Shown here: in pieces, positions 1 through 12,622 of the stretch
Position numbering within the stretch: the first letter of the stretch is position 1
Layout of the letters: every line of letters starts with the position of its first letter
Assembly: GCA_002633005.1 (NCBI GenBank)
Contig: NMRA01000024.1
Span: 389,803-453,802 of the forward strand
Direction of reading: 5' to 3'
DNA: 64,000 nucleotides
Source: Phoronis australis
Lineage: Eukaryota; Animalia; Phoronida
Position numbers and translations under genes: made by a program
Notes under the pieces: generated by a model
Database searches by the model: none
The model's input: only the letters and a program-made list of their open reading frames with translations
What the model was told of the DNA's origin: nothing

Positions 1-1031
1 ACCGACAGGAGAGTGGATATGGGCACTTATACTCAAGTACTTGAAGAATCAGACAATGAATTCGATTTCCCATTTAGCGAACTTTCGTCGGGTTTCAGGC
101 CGTATGAACTCGACCCACTTGCACGAGAAATGACATTTGTGAGCCACAACCAACTCTACCAAGTGGTGGTCACTACTCACAAAATAGACACTTAATACTT
201 ACTGACAAAGGCCNNNNNNNNNNNNNNNNNNNNNNNNNNNNNNNNNNNNNNNNNNNNNNNNNNNNNNNNNNNNNNNNNNNNNNNNNNNNNNNNNNNNNNN
301 NNNNNNNNNNNNNNNNNNNNNNNNNNNNNNNNNNNNNNNNNNNNNNNNNNNNNNNNNNNNNNNNNNNNNNNNNNNNNNNNNNNNNNNNNNNNNNNNNNNN
401 NNNNNNNNNNNNNNNNNNNNNNNNNNNNNNNNNNNNNNNNNNNNNNNNNNNNNNNNNNNNNNNNNNNNNNNNNNNNNNNNNNNNNNNNNNNNNNNNNNNN
501 NNNNNNNNNNNNNNNNNNNNNNNNNNNNNNNNNNNNNNGTTTCCACAAACGCACCTTTTCATGTCTGAAAAAGACGGCTCCACGCGGACTTTCTTCACAA
601 CTTCTCAATATCGCACTGGTAAAACAACAACGGCTGAGGCGGTCTTCCACTCATTGCGTACAAACTCGATAACAGAAAAATATGTTTTTAAAATTTTTAG
701 ATTGTTTCGTAGCAACAGGTGTGTTAAATGGTATTAAATCTGTTAAGATGTAATAATAAAATTCCTTTTTGAGACACCGGGTCATGGTGGGAACTCTTTC
801 ACGGATAGTTTTAGGAGTGTGCATTGTGACATTGGTGAAAAGTTATTTCATTGGGTGCTCTGTGATTGCTTAACGTTAATATTGGAAGTGAAAAAGGACA
901 AAAAACTAACATGGCTGCGCCTTACCCAAGATACCTTTCCCAAGACTTAAGCCTCAATAAACGTGTCCCTGGCTGTTAGTGTTCATTAACAGCTTGCAAA
1001 AGTGTATGATCAAATTGTCATTGTTTTGTAG

Positions 1032-1560
1032 GATCTGCTCACACAGTTCTTGGTCCTTACTGGGCAGAAGTTTTGGACAAAACAAACATGTATGGTGAGT
1101 GCACCCCACGATATTTGTGTAATTTACGTAAAGCGACTTTTAACCCAACTTCCGTCACAAAACCACACTATTGATCTAGATCAATTGCCATAGTGAAATT
1201 GGCCTCTGCTATTGATGCAGGTAGTGGGCTCTCCCATGTACACCTTCGGGTTCGAGTCCCACTAGGTGACACCTGTTCAACCCTTGAGTCAGGTTTCTAG
1301 CTCCTCAGCTTGGTTTTAACTATGTATTAGTAACGCATAAAAAATGGTTCCAGATGAACAGCGCGGTTGGCCCCACTTGTGTAGCCTGCGCACATCTGGT
1401 ACAACGTGTATCTGACCGCCTGCAATAATTTTTTTTAGCTCGTCAATGCTCCAAACGAGGTGGGGATCTGTTTGTCAAGATGGTGGGCAATGGTAGAGTT
1501 GACGTTGCTGGAAACAGTGCTGTAGTTGTCCGTGGTACTGTGACAATACCAGTGAAATAG
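1032..1560 (+). CDS. PBLD: Phenazine biosynthesis-like domain protein (PhzF/PBLD family), last two exons only
   Basis: Exon 1032-1094 (ttttgtag|...|gtgagt) encodes GSAHTVLGPYWAEVLDKTNMY; exon 1439-1560 (tttttag|) continues in phase: ARQCSKRGGDLFVKMVGNGRVDVAGNSAVVVRGTVTIPVK*. Matches the PBLD C-terminus (GSAH..L..YW...L.K..M.A.QCS.RGG.L......RV.I.G). Upstream exons are not visible. Not in the ORF track. Confidence 0.9.
1200..1300 (+). mobile_element. Degenerate tRNA-derived SINE head in PBLD intron
   Basis: B-box GGTTCGAGTCCC near 1248; A-box poorly preserved; boundaries approximate. Confidence 0.35.
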
Positions 1561-2169
1561 TTGGACAGATGTAGAGAAGTTGTCAAGAATACTGTGTGTA
1601 AAATGAGTGTTAGTCGGATACAATGGCTCTGCGTGTTGAGAACCAGTTCTCTCCACTGAGTAACAGGCATCTAGTAACTGGTTCTTGTAATGTGGGCACG
1701 TTTTATCCAACTATTGCTTGCAAAAGGTGTTCATAGTCTCCTAGGTTAGTGAATTGCTTTGGGAATTGTAACCGAAAGTGCTTACGATGAAAGTAGGCAA
1801 GTTTTACCTTGAGATCAGTCACCGCACTTGGACAATATGCAATTTCTGTATTCATCTGTGGTCACATACTAGAAAGGGTACAGCGTGCGAAGCCCATTTT
1901 TTCATGTTCACACGGTAGTTGTTAGCTCAGGGTTAATCAGCTGTTAAACCAGGCAGTTTTTTGCATAATATGTCACTGGCAAATATCTGCGGGCAGGTCG
2001 GACAGAACTTACTTTGAGAAAAGTAGAAGACAGCTGTTGATTTATTTAAACTGATATCACCTAGTGTCAGTTGTATGAACTAATGAAACAATGGATAACA
2101 GGTGTCCAGATAATGGTTGTTGAATGATGTTATTGATACGGAGCTGGAATCCAGCGTATTTATTAGATA

Positions 2170-2324
2170 ACCTGTGAAGTTGTAAGTGACTCGCCCCAAT
2201 GCAATAAGTTCTGGTGTGATACATCAAATAAAGACAGAAAAATCAGGAACCCCTACTGGGAATCGAACCAAAGGTCTCTAGATTGTCAGTCTAGTGCTCT
2301 TACCACCGTGCTACTGAGGACCCC
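2170..2324 (-). mobile_element. tRNA-derived SINE or tRNA pseudogene
   Basis: Minus strand reads ggggtcctcagTAGCACGGTGGtaagagca CTAGA-ctgacaa-TCTAG agaccttt GGTTCGATTCCC agtagggg: A-box, perfect anticodon stem, B-box, but poor acceptor stem. 3' boundary approximate. Confidence 0.55.
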
Positions 2325-3331
2325 ATGTCTGTGCAGTTACTGTTTGCTGTCAACTGTTGTGCCATCCATCCCATGAGTGGCATTTCGTCGTTTTCACACG
2401 AGATTTGGACAATTATATCATTCTTGAGCTGTATTTTATGAAGAGTGAAGATGAAGATCTGCATAGTTAGTCAACCGCACGGTGTGAACTAAGAAAATCT
2501 TTTGGTAGACACATGTGTGTAGTCTTGGGATTTTGATGATGTCACAAAGACCATGGTGTGATCCATAATAAAATCTCATTGCGGACTTCTCATTTTTATG
2601 TTCTCACTTATTTATATGTGGCCGCATTATGCCACCCTCTGAATGCATACATGTCGTTATTTTTCTGTTCTAGTCTACTTTGTTCAACATTGGGAAATCT
2701 AAATGGATGAAACGGTAGATAGGGGTCTTGGTAGTTTGCTTACATATTGAAGTATGTAAGCATTACTGGGGAGATGTTATGAGAACTAAACCAAAGTGGA
2801 TGAGTTTTCTCACTAGATCTGTATACGACATTCAGCCAACACACGCACACCTGATGACTTGGGACAAGGGGATTGACCCATAGTGTTTTCTGAATGATAC
2901 CTCTATAGCCACAATGCAACATTCTGATCCATTTCCAATATGGTGCGGTTGCAACTCGGGTATTCCTGCAACTGCTTTCCTTGCATGGAATGCTCATTTG
3001 GAGACACAGCCAAGTGTTGCGAGTGGTCGAAAGAAACCTGGAGGAAGCTATGTAGGAACTTTAAAATCAGCCCATACCTAAATAAGGACATTGTATTAGT
3101 CCTCGTTTCAGTTTACTATAACTTAACCATTCTCAAGACAAATGTTCTTGAACAATACTCCAGTCAAGTATCACCGGAGAACAGTTTGCACAAGTATACA
3201 CATCAAAATGGTCGCTCTCTCTCTCCGCACAATGCGTTTGTGATGGAGTGTCGGTGGCATGGATCCACTTGTGCAGGCTTCCTGAGATGTGCGTAGGGGT
3301 ATGTGGTGATGCGGCTCTCCTGTGGGATTGT

Positions 3332-3489
3332 CAGTGCTGTATAGTGGGGCGTAGGCGCACGCAGGCGCAGCCAACCACCTTTTGACATTTGAACGTAGCG
3401 CTTACGCACCGTAAGTAACGTTCAGTGCTCAAGGTGATGCGATGGGCTCTGTGCGCCTACTTACCTCTAATTTTACCACTACAGCACTG
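3332..3489. mobile_element. hAT-type MITE, family A copy 1
   Basis: TIRs CAGTGCTGTA...TACAGCACTG; 8-bp flanks gggattgt/gagattgt (1 mismatch); homologous in opposite orientation to 12623-12783. Confidence 0.85.
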
Positions 3490-3521
3490 GAGATTGTGTG
3501 TGATATGCCGGCTCTACACGT

Positions 3522-3776
3522 CATGGGTCAAGACACCAACACCAACGCCCATTATGTCCATTTGATGATAATTGAACAGAATTAATTTCTTTTACACCTT
3601 TGTGAAATAGAAATTATTTTTAACTCTAAACTAATTGATCAAAACCGACTTGATGAGTGAAAATGGATTGATGAATATGAAAACGAACCTAACAAGCAAA
3701 ATGGGCATAATTTGTGTCAAAATGGATGTAATGATTCAAAATGAACATAATGGGTCAAGACTCTCCGACCCATTAC
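3522..3776. mobile_element. Degenerate MITE-like inverted repeat
   Basis: Left tgggtc...cccattatgtccattt versus reverse complement of right end tgggtc...cccattatgttcatttt; no TSD seen. Confidence 0.4.
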
Positions 3777-6700
3777 TTCCTGTAAAGGAAAGGGTTATCA
3801 AAATGGGAATTAATGACCGTTTTCTTTCCGTTAGTGGTATGCTGGACTCCACTGAATCCCACCGTGACTGAAGAAGGCGGGAAAGGCTTTTTCGGGAACC
3901 GTGTTGGGCCCTTTTTGTGATCATGATTCGGGAATTCGGGCAAAAAATACCGTGTTTCGTCAATGGAGATCTATTGGGACTGGGATCGAAACATATTTGA
4001 CATCAGGAATCGGGAGAAGGGTAAAAAACGAACTGAAAAATCCTAGAATCCAGGAATGGAAAGTAGTAAGTCGGCCACCCGGCGGAGATAATATCCTTAG
4101 CTTTCCGATCCGGGTTTATTATCTTTCTAAAACTTGGCGTGTACTCAGTGTGAAGAGGACGGTTACGCTGACAACTTCGATTACTGTGGGCCCTCCTATT
4201 TGTTTTGTTTTGCGGCCATTGCTGTATCTCCGTCCTAAACCCACTAGCTGCAGGATCTTTATTAAATTCTTCTTAGTAAGTGTATTTATATGAAGCTAAC
4301 ATAGACGACGACTTTGAGGCGCCGGACGCTGTGTCCTCTAGTGGCAATTTCATTTTCCGCTTTCTCTGAGGTTCCCTGACAGATTTTTATGAAATTCTCT
4401 TGGTGAATAGCGTTCTATAAAGAAGCGATGGCACGTTCCGTTTTCATCGGATGGATTGGACGTGTTGCGCCATCTAGTGGCCATTTTTATGATAGAAATG
4501 AACAACTCTAGAAGTACATCGTTTGCGGTGCATTCGTGGGCGCATTTCAACGCTCTGCGTTGCTCTTGTTCAGTAATTGGCCTTCATTTTGCGCTTGTGG
4601 GTCTCTAACGCTCAAGCCAAACACAATTGTCTTTCACACACGTGATTTTGCGTTATCTTGTTTGGTCGTAAGACACTTGGTCCACGGAACACACTCCTGA
4701 CCGAACCCAGTGATTACTGGGTTGAAGCCTTACAACCTGCTGGACCTTCCCAAGGCAAGAAATCATTTCTCATTAAGTGGCAATTTTACTTAGATCAATT
4801 TAATAACGGGTGGGTGGTCTAAATAGAATGATTTTTCACAGAAGGCTGGTTTGTAGCACCGTTAATCAGTGAACTAATTTAGCTATTAGGCTTACTGGCT
4901 TATCTAGCATGTCAGAATTAGGGGGCCCGACCCATTTAAGGCCATGAAACACATCCCGTGTGCTTTGATGAACATGACTCGTCACCGTGATTGACCAAAA
5001 ACAGATGATCGATTAGGCGAGACCTGGCGAGATACGACGTAGTCGCTTTATTTGGTAGATACGAACATGCAGTCAATATGTTGTTGATGAAAGCGATGCA
5101 GTTGATCAGAGAACTTAGTTTCTGAACTTTCCGAAGATTACAGAAGCGGATGACTAGTCAGCTTGGGTTGCACGTTGTCACAGTAATGGCCTCTTCTAGC
5201 AAGAGACACCTCGCTTGCTAAAACAGAAATCACGACGACTACGTGCTAGCGTCACCAGACGGCTGTTTCGTCCCTAGGCTACGACTTTACCTGGTGGAGG
5301 GTTTTGTCCATAAAGCGATTTGGCCATATTTTAGACCGCACGATCTTATTTGTTTGCGTTTTTTAACATTTGAAACTTACTCTTGATTACCTCAGTTTGT
5401 GTAATTTATATTTATTTGATTGCTGTTCAAAGAAGTTTTGTTGCATGGCGTTCCTTAATTCCTTCGTGAGATACGAAAATAGATGCGCAGTTGTCCAAAA
5501 CACAGCGTTCTCCATGAGTTTTATGGTGCCCTCGTAGTTATTGACGCTTAGTGTCCTGGAGTGAATATAATAATACGTGTGCCGTGTCGTGATGATGTGT
5601 TGATGTTGTCACGGTGAATTGTGCCCCGCAACGTCTGTTATGGATCCATCTACACCGCTTTGACATTAGCCTACATCCGGTTCAGCTCTTTTTTGATTGA
5701 CCTATTTACAACCAGATGTCATTTTTTGCTTTAGACTCACTGCAATGCAGGATAACGATGTGAACGTTGACTGCGCGTGCTCTGGCGAACAGATTGCATT
5801 CACCAGATGTAGTCGGTGGGCCAGATCTCATAGCGTTCATCCTTGTGAGTACTGTTGTTTTTACAAATATAAGTTTACTAAGCTCTTTGGTGATTATTAG
5901 GTAACTTCAAACTCAAATTTCTCAAAAATGTGCAACTTTATATGTGGGAACTTTTTAGATTTTGAAAACACTCTAATAAATGAACTAAAAAACACCAAAA
6001 TAAAATTGCCCCCCTAAAGTACTCACAAAAACCATTTTCTAGAGGCCCTACAAAATCTGGCCCACCGACTAATGGCGAATCGTCTCCTAGTGAACTCCAA
6101 ACATGTGGAAATATACATTTCAAGTCGTGAGTTCGCTCATCAATAGGCCTACTTCGGTAAAGAGACAATTTACGAGAAAGGGAAGGATGGGAACTTATCA
6201 AAAGCAGAAAATGTTCGCTTGACGTTGCTTTTGATGTCGGATATTACAAGGCAATGACAGCAGGTAGTTACAAGTGCAGGCTATCTGACCCGCCACCATT
6301 ACGAACAGACTGTGTGAAGTCACTGCCAGTGTTGTATGCGCGATGTGATTATTGTAATACACGGTAGCCAGTGTGGATGTATAAGAAATAACGGGGGTGC
6401 CATCGCACTGTTCTAAGGAAAACGTCGACATAAGCCCTAAAACGGCATGCCGACGGCGTTTTTCACTTGATCGTACCCCGTCCTAAACCACCTATGCTAT
6501 TCTTCATACCCATTTTCTTTGACTCCAGTTGGCGTTCTCTTTATAAAAGAAAAACGATAGCGTTATTAATAGTGTCATTACTTCGAACATGACAGCGTAT
6601 GTGATTTACTGACGTCTTAATTCACTTTCGCTAAATACCATTTTCCTGTCCAGATCGATTTTGATATTGTCGCGCATGTTCAGGACTGACCTGTTGTGTA

Positions 6701-7018
6701 AAGTTCACGTGCCCTTGCAGCAGCAGTGACCTTACAGTAAGTGTTCATGTTAGGTTTACCAAAAATTGATGCCTTTCATAATTATTTCTAATAAACCAAA
6801 ATTCTGGGCGACATTGTTATGATAGACGGTAAAATGTAAATTTGCTTCTGTCGCAAACTACAACCTTCCTATTTCGCAGTGTTCTGGAGACAAGATTTAA
6901 GACGAATGCAGGTTCGTCTTGGGCTCACACTCGAAAATTTTACTGATCATTCTACGGATTCGAGTACAAATTTGTAAGTTCGCTCAAAGCACATGACAAA
7001 CTAATGGCCAACCCTTAA

Positions 7019-8378
7019 AGGAGAATGCCATCTGATTTATTTCGTTTTTTATCGCCATGATTTGGTCTATATCCATATCACCTCGTACTTTTATACGGCC
7101 GACCTCACCTCGCCGAGAGGTGTCGTGTTAACCTGCTAGGAAGACGAGTACACGGCGCCGCGACGTCAGTGGTTCTTCAGCTGAGTGTGTACCGCTTCGG
7201 TGTGGCGTATAGTTCCTGCTTGTGCGAATCATGAAGCTGCGAGGAAAGCGTTATATCGTTTTTTCGATTTTCTTGAGAACCCGAAATGCTTCGAATGTGG
7301 TTTACAGCAGCAATGAATGAAAGGCACGCCGTCAATACCAAATATGAGACGTGAACTATCTCCATGTCTGTGGCCGGTATTGTTCTGTTTCAAAATGAAT
7401 TATTCTCACCCTAACCAATATTTAATAAAACTGAAACGAAGTTTCCCTAAAGAATGTCGCATTATACACCATTTGTAATGCCTTTGGAGTGTTCTTGAGT
7501 GCGAATGTTTTGAGAAACTAACAATGAAAAAACCATACTGCGTTACCGATGCAATAAAACCGAGTACCCGAGACCGTGTGAGGCGCATGCTGATTCAGAG
7601 TTTGATGTTGTGGAACATTAACTCGATTTTATATGCTATGGTCAGAAGTTATAATTGAATCTTTATTTAGATATATACACATTATTCGAGTAATTATTAT
7701 TGCACACCTTTTGCCCTAGCTGTGGGGTTCTGTAGAAGGGGAACCTGGCTTCGCGGCCCCTACGTGTTAGTAGATTTGCAATTTTGCGACATTTTTACAA
7801 AAATATTCACGTTCGCATTATTTCTTTGGTTCACTAGTCTAGTCTTTTCGTGACTGAAAGGTTAATTTTCAACTTGAGCATCCGACTTACCCGGCTGGTT
7901 TATGTTCGTGATGTCTCAACTGAGTTCGGGCGCCGGCGTTTTGTGCGTTTGGCTATGTTCTCCTGTCTGTATTTCACGGAAGTATAAATCTAGTTTATCA
8001 CCGAACAGACCCTAACTTTCCGCGACCGATCTCCGTAAGTTAGCCTACCGAACTTTGTCGGTTACGGTACGTTCAAAATTTGAGCGAAATAAAACACGTT
8101 AAACCCGTTTGTTTAAAAACTCAATGTATTTGTAAGGTTTTGCATCGAATTTTGCAGATTTATTTGTGTAAAGTGGTGAAGTCAAGTGATAAGCTGACAT
8201 CAGTAAGCATGTTGTGAGCTGCTGAACAGACTGTGTTAGAACCTATGACGTCATTGGTTAATTTGAGCACCTGCGTCTGCCGTCAGGTGTTAGGTAAAAG
8301 AACTGAACTTGCTGTTATCGAGTACAACTACTTGATCTAAATTGATACAAAATACGTTGTTTTTAGTGGCATTCTCCT
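7019..8378. mobile_element. Non-autonomous TTAA-flanked (Kolobok-like) DNA transposon, copy 1
   Basis: ttaa|AGGAGAATGCCA ... TGGCATTCTCCT|ttaa: perfect 12-bp TIR, TTAA on both sides, purine-purine terminus typical of Kolobok rather than the CC terminus of piggyBac; no transposase ORF. Confidence 0.8.
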
Positions 8379-9915
8379 TTAAGTCGGCTAGAATTTCGAG
8401 TACATGTTAGACCCCGTCCGTATTGCACTGATACGTGCTGTAACATACCTTGACGTCACAACTTCCAAATTTACTGATCATCACCGTTGTTTGCGCGACA
8501 ATTTTGAAGAACGTGACAAACTGTTGTTTTAAAAAAGGTAATTTTGTAGAAAATAGTGAGTTCCAAGGCTAGCCAATTTGAATAGGGTCGTCTCCGATTA
8601 CTCGGGACATTCGAATCACAGAGAAACAGATGTCTATGGTGTTGCAACTTGATATTAAAAGGGCACACATGTTAAAACATTTTGTTTCCCCGCCCTGTTC
8701 TCACTCTTGTGATGTAGGTAGGCATGTAAATATTCATAATTTTTCGTAAAGCGTAATTTGTTCAGCTAAGTAACACTAGTCAACAACAATAAATGATTTC
8801 AATATTACGTCTTGGTTAATGTCAAAATCTGACATTGAGTTCGGGTTCACTTACTGTTGCGCCAAAACATTTTTTAACAATTACCTTTAAAGATTACCAG
8901 ACTACAAACGCAATGTATTTGGGTAAAGCTGTCGTTATTCAGGCCCACGAAGCACTTACTATTCTTTCTAAAGAAATTAGTTTTATTCATGCAATATCAT
9001 TTGAAACATTAGAAAACAACGATATGATAATTGAAATGGTATAATTTATTTCACTGCTGAACAGCAGCAAATGCAACTCAGATTATAAAGACGGACACTA
9101 ATTTGTTAGATGCATCAAGACTGAATCTCAAACGAGTTCTATCGCTGTGTAATCTAGGACGACCGTACTGCCGATCATTTTCATGCGTTCGCGTAAATAC
9201 ATATATTACCGTCATCCCTGTCCAGCGTCCATGCGTCCTCGGCTCTATCTCCTTCTCTATCTCTTTCTATGTCGCCAAGCATCTCAAAGAATAATTATGA
9301 AAGTTCATCAGTGTCGCTATACNCCCCCCCCCCCCCCTGAGAAGAGCATGAACTGGCATGAACCGGCTTTGGGACAGTCCTGACTACCTCTATCGATCCT
9401 CAACATTGGTTACTTTTGTTGTTCACGTTTTCAACTGTGTCTTCGGGTTTCCTTGGCTGGTTTTTCGTGAAATTTGGCAACGATATTTTTATTATAGGGA
9501 CATGAATTCAAATTTTGTCCTATGAAAAGATAGTAGTAATGAATTTCCCATTCAGCTCCGGCTCTAAAACAAAATACAATCGGTTGTAACCCCCGTCACT
9601 AAACCCTCAAACGTTTCACTGGAGCATGAAATTTGGTATGTGTTTCTACTTAGGGGAGTAACTGATGCGGTTTTTGAAAAAATCCTACTACTGAAATCAT
9701 TTAGAATTAATTTTAGTTTTTGCGTTTACCTCGATATCTACCAAAATTCCTCGAAGAGTGTTCGTAAAGTTTGGCAACTAAGTTGCTATCATGGAGACAG
9801 CGGCACCTGCCTCGTTTCAGACAGATTTGCCGCCTGATAACAATTCGTGTGTTTGTTTTTGCCGCCAAACTGCTTTAAGAATCATGATGGTGGGTGGCTG
9901 ATGTATTCCTATTAA

Positions 9916-11771
9916 AGGCATATGCCCCCGACTTAATTTCGTTTTTTGCCGTGTTTATCCATCTCTGTCCATATCAACTTCATTTGTGCTCTTTCCACCT
10001 GACTGGGAGGAGAGGTATCGCGTTAATCTGTGCAGAAAGTGAGGACACAAAGTGTTAACGTCCACGGATTTTGCGATGAGAGTTTCTGACAATGAAATGG
10101 TGCCTACAAAATGCGTCGTAGCCTTCTGGCTACTTTGCAGTTTACCTCGACAATGATAGTTGTGTTGTGCTAGTCGCCGCAGATGAGTAAAATATAAATG
10201 CGTTCCCTTAGCTGCTTTTCAGATGCATTCAAACAATTATTGAAGCCGACCGAGTCTCGACTAAGGCGGCCATGATGTGCACAACATATGGTAATTCAGT
10301 GCTGAGTGAAGGGAAACTACTGAAACAATGATTCGGTTGTAGTGTGATAAAACGACAAATCCGGTGTAGTCATTAACGCAAAACATGATTATTTCTTTGG
10401 TCCTTCGGATGCGCTGTTTGGCGATGGGAAATTGTGTTCGGCTTAAAAATTGGAACTTTCGGGTGCGAGCTGTGCCTTGTCCACGCCCATGACGATCTCA
10501 CAATCGCCGAACCGGGGTCCCCGGACGGTCTCTTCGAGTCAACGTATACTAGCTAGTTAGATAGATAGATAGATACATAGCTAGTTTATTTAGCCATTCA
10601 TAATACAAATAGCCATGCACTCACACAAGTCGTTCCTAGTTGCTAAGCGCATCTTAAAGTGACAAGAGTGGAGCTTGTAGTAGTCGAAAGTAAACAACAA
10701 AACTAAGGTTTTACTAAGACTACGTCAATGATTATTTTAGAAATATCAAACAAGGCAAGGAGGCTTTCAAAAAGCTAAGAAGCCGCTTGCATGAAAGCAC
10801 CTATATCTACACATGAAGTCAGTGAAAAATAAACTAAGAATTTCGTTTCAACAATTTATCTCGCTACATGAGCGAAACATCAACCTGTGTTGAGTATCAA
10901 CAGAATGAGGATTATATATCAATGTAAAGTGTGTACGTGAACAGGGGCCAAATACCTAGCTAGGGCTTACAATACAAACAACCGATGCAATAATGGGAGA
11001 AACTAAAATAAGGTGCAAATTAAGATGTAACCTAAACTTTAACATGGTTGGCATGACAAATGAAAAAAGACGAATGTTTACGTTATGTATATTATACTAT
11101 AAAAAACCACATTACAAAGAAAAATAACTAAAAATACAGAATAAAGACTGGCTAGGTAGGCATGACTGTGTGATTGAAATTCATTACACAGCGCAGGGAA
11201 ACAAAAATCAGAGGCGATAGGTAAGACTCTGATACCCAATAATTTTCAATCTTTTAAAACTTTAGCCGTATGCTGAGATGCACAGATCCTGCGTTTACGT
11301 CTGTAACCCTGAACAATTCGTCAAGTCTAAATTACAATACACGGCGAGGGTCTTTCTTTATTGCGCACTAAAACCGTGGCCTGCAACTCACTTATCACCA
11401 AACTGACCATGCAACTTTCCACGTCACTAGAAACTGGGAACTAACCGGGCCTTCATCTGATTTTAGTCATACTTTCAAAATTCTAAAACAAATCAGCAGT
11501 TGTGAAATTAAACAACGCTTTAATTTGAAAGTGAAAGCATTCGAAACGCCTTTTAATGTTTCATTGGTGCAAAGCCGGGCGATTTTCTTTCTTGATTTGT
11601 CGTAAGCCGAGGGGTGACTTCGCGACACAGTCTTGGGCCGTTGACGTCACAAGCTAATGTTAGCACCTTCGCCTGCCGCCTGGTGTTGGGTAAAAGAACT
11701 GAACGTGTTCTCGAATAGAACTAGTCGAGATGAATTGATGCAAAGTATGGACGTACATCGGCGTTGCTCTT
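9916..11771. mobile_element. Diverged second copy of the Kolobok-like family, with internal insertion
   Basis: Starts ttaa|AGGCATATGCC with sub-terminal sequence (atttcgttttt...tccatatca) like the left end of copy 1; 11640-11770 aligns with 8246-8378 (tgacgtca...agcacct...ggtgtt.ggtaaaagaactgaac...aattgat.caaa). Right TIR decayed. Confidence 0.6.
10550..10590 (-). repeat. (TAGA)n microsatellite next to a minus-strand AATAAA; probable LINE 3' tail
   Basis: tagttagatagatagatagatacatagctagtttattt; the minus strand reads AATAAA followed by (TCTA)n. Confidence 0.55.
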
Positions 11772-12387
11772 CGTAACGGAGCGAGCTTTAGTTGTGGACG
11801 CTGATACGTAATGATCCTGTGGTGATAGAATTGCGCAAAGAACCACTCAAAGTCAAATTTTACGCACTTAAATTAATTAAAAACGGCCATTTTCGATCAA
11901 ACCACTCGCCGTGCAATTAACTTCCTAGTAATAACTAATGCATCTGACCAGGAGCGCGCATCAATAATGAAATATTAAATTGCCTTTTCTCTGAAGGCAC
12001 ATGCCGCATTTTACAACCACTTGGAATCCGCTATTTATCATGTTGGAAGCAAATTAAACCTGCCAGCGAGCCCATAATCCGTGTTTTAGAGTACGAGCTT
12101 CAATACTATGAGCCATCCGCTGATGTCTGTATGTTTCACTGGTAGACGTTTATTAGCACTACCAGATGTTCAAGACTAACTCAATAAAATATCGTTATCG
12201 CGAACTAACAACAGCATCGATTTTGTACTGCAGGCGCTAGTCCTAGAATGCCTGGTAAAAACCTGCCGCTGTTCCACGCTCATCACCCAACGACAGTACT
12301 ATGTGCTTTGCCGACACTGCATTGTTACTGGTTGCAGAATGCTGCATTTCGTCTTAGTTTCAGGTGCAGTCGAGATGGCACTATGTT

Positions 12388-12524
12388 CAGTGGCGGATTT
12401 AAGGGGGTTCAAGGGGGCCACGCGGGTTCCCTAAAATTCTCCCATAATGCATTTGGCACTTCGGGGGTGCGAATATCTAATGGGCTGCCCTACCCCCCAA
12501 CTCAAAATCCTGGATCCGGCTCTG
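12388..12524. mobile_element. Short GC-rich MITE (CAGTGGCGGA-type termini)
   Basis: CAGTGGCGGATTTAAGG ... CCTGGATCCGGCTCTG imperfect TIRs with G-run/C-run arms; no TSD recognisable. Confidence 0.55.
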
Positions 12525-12622
12525 ATCCTCGGTCAAACGCCGGGTCGACTGTAAAACGTCCGAGCTCAAACCAATTCTATTGGCCGGGCCGGTTTTAGTT
12601 TATCAAGACAATTATTTATTGT

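Noticed and set aside
173-650. Long ORFs containing X runs (also at 28377-28887 and 44475-44669)
   Set aside because: Artefacts of reading through N gaps.
2245-2324. Functional tRNA-Val(GAC) gene on the minus strand
   Set aside because: Acceptor and T stems pair poorly and GAC anticodons are rare in eukaryotes; better treated as a SINE head or pseudogene.
2940-3296. 118-aa Cys-rich ORF
   Set aside because: No recognisable domain or splice structure; KETWRK hints at a decayed RTE-type LINE C-terminus but is too weak to call.
3868-4293. 130-aa ORF over cggga-rich sequence
   Set aside because: Overlaps repeat-like DNA; no protein signature and no clear termini.
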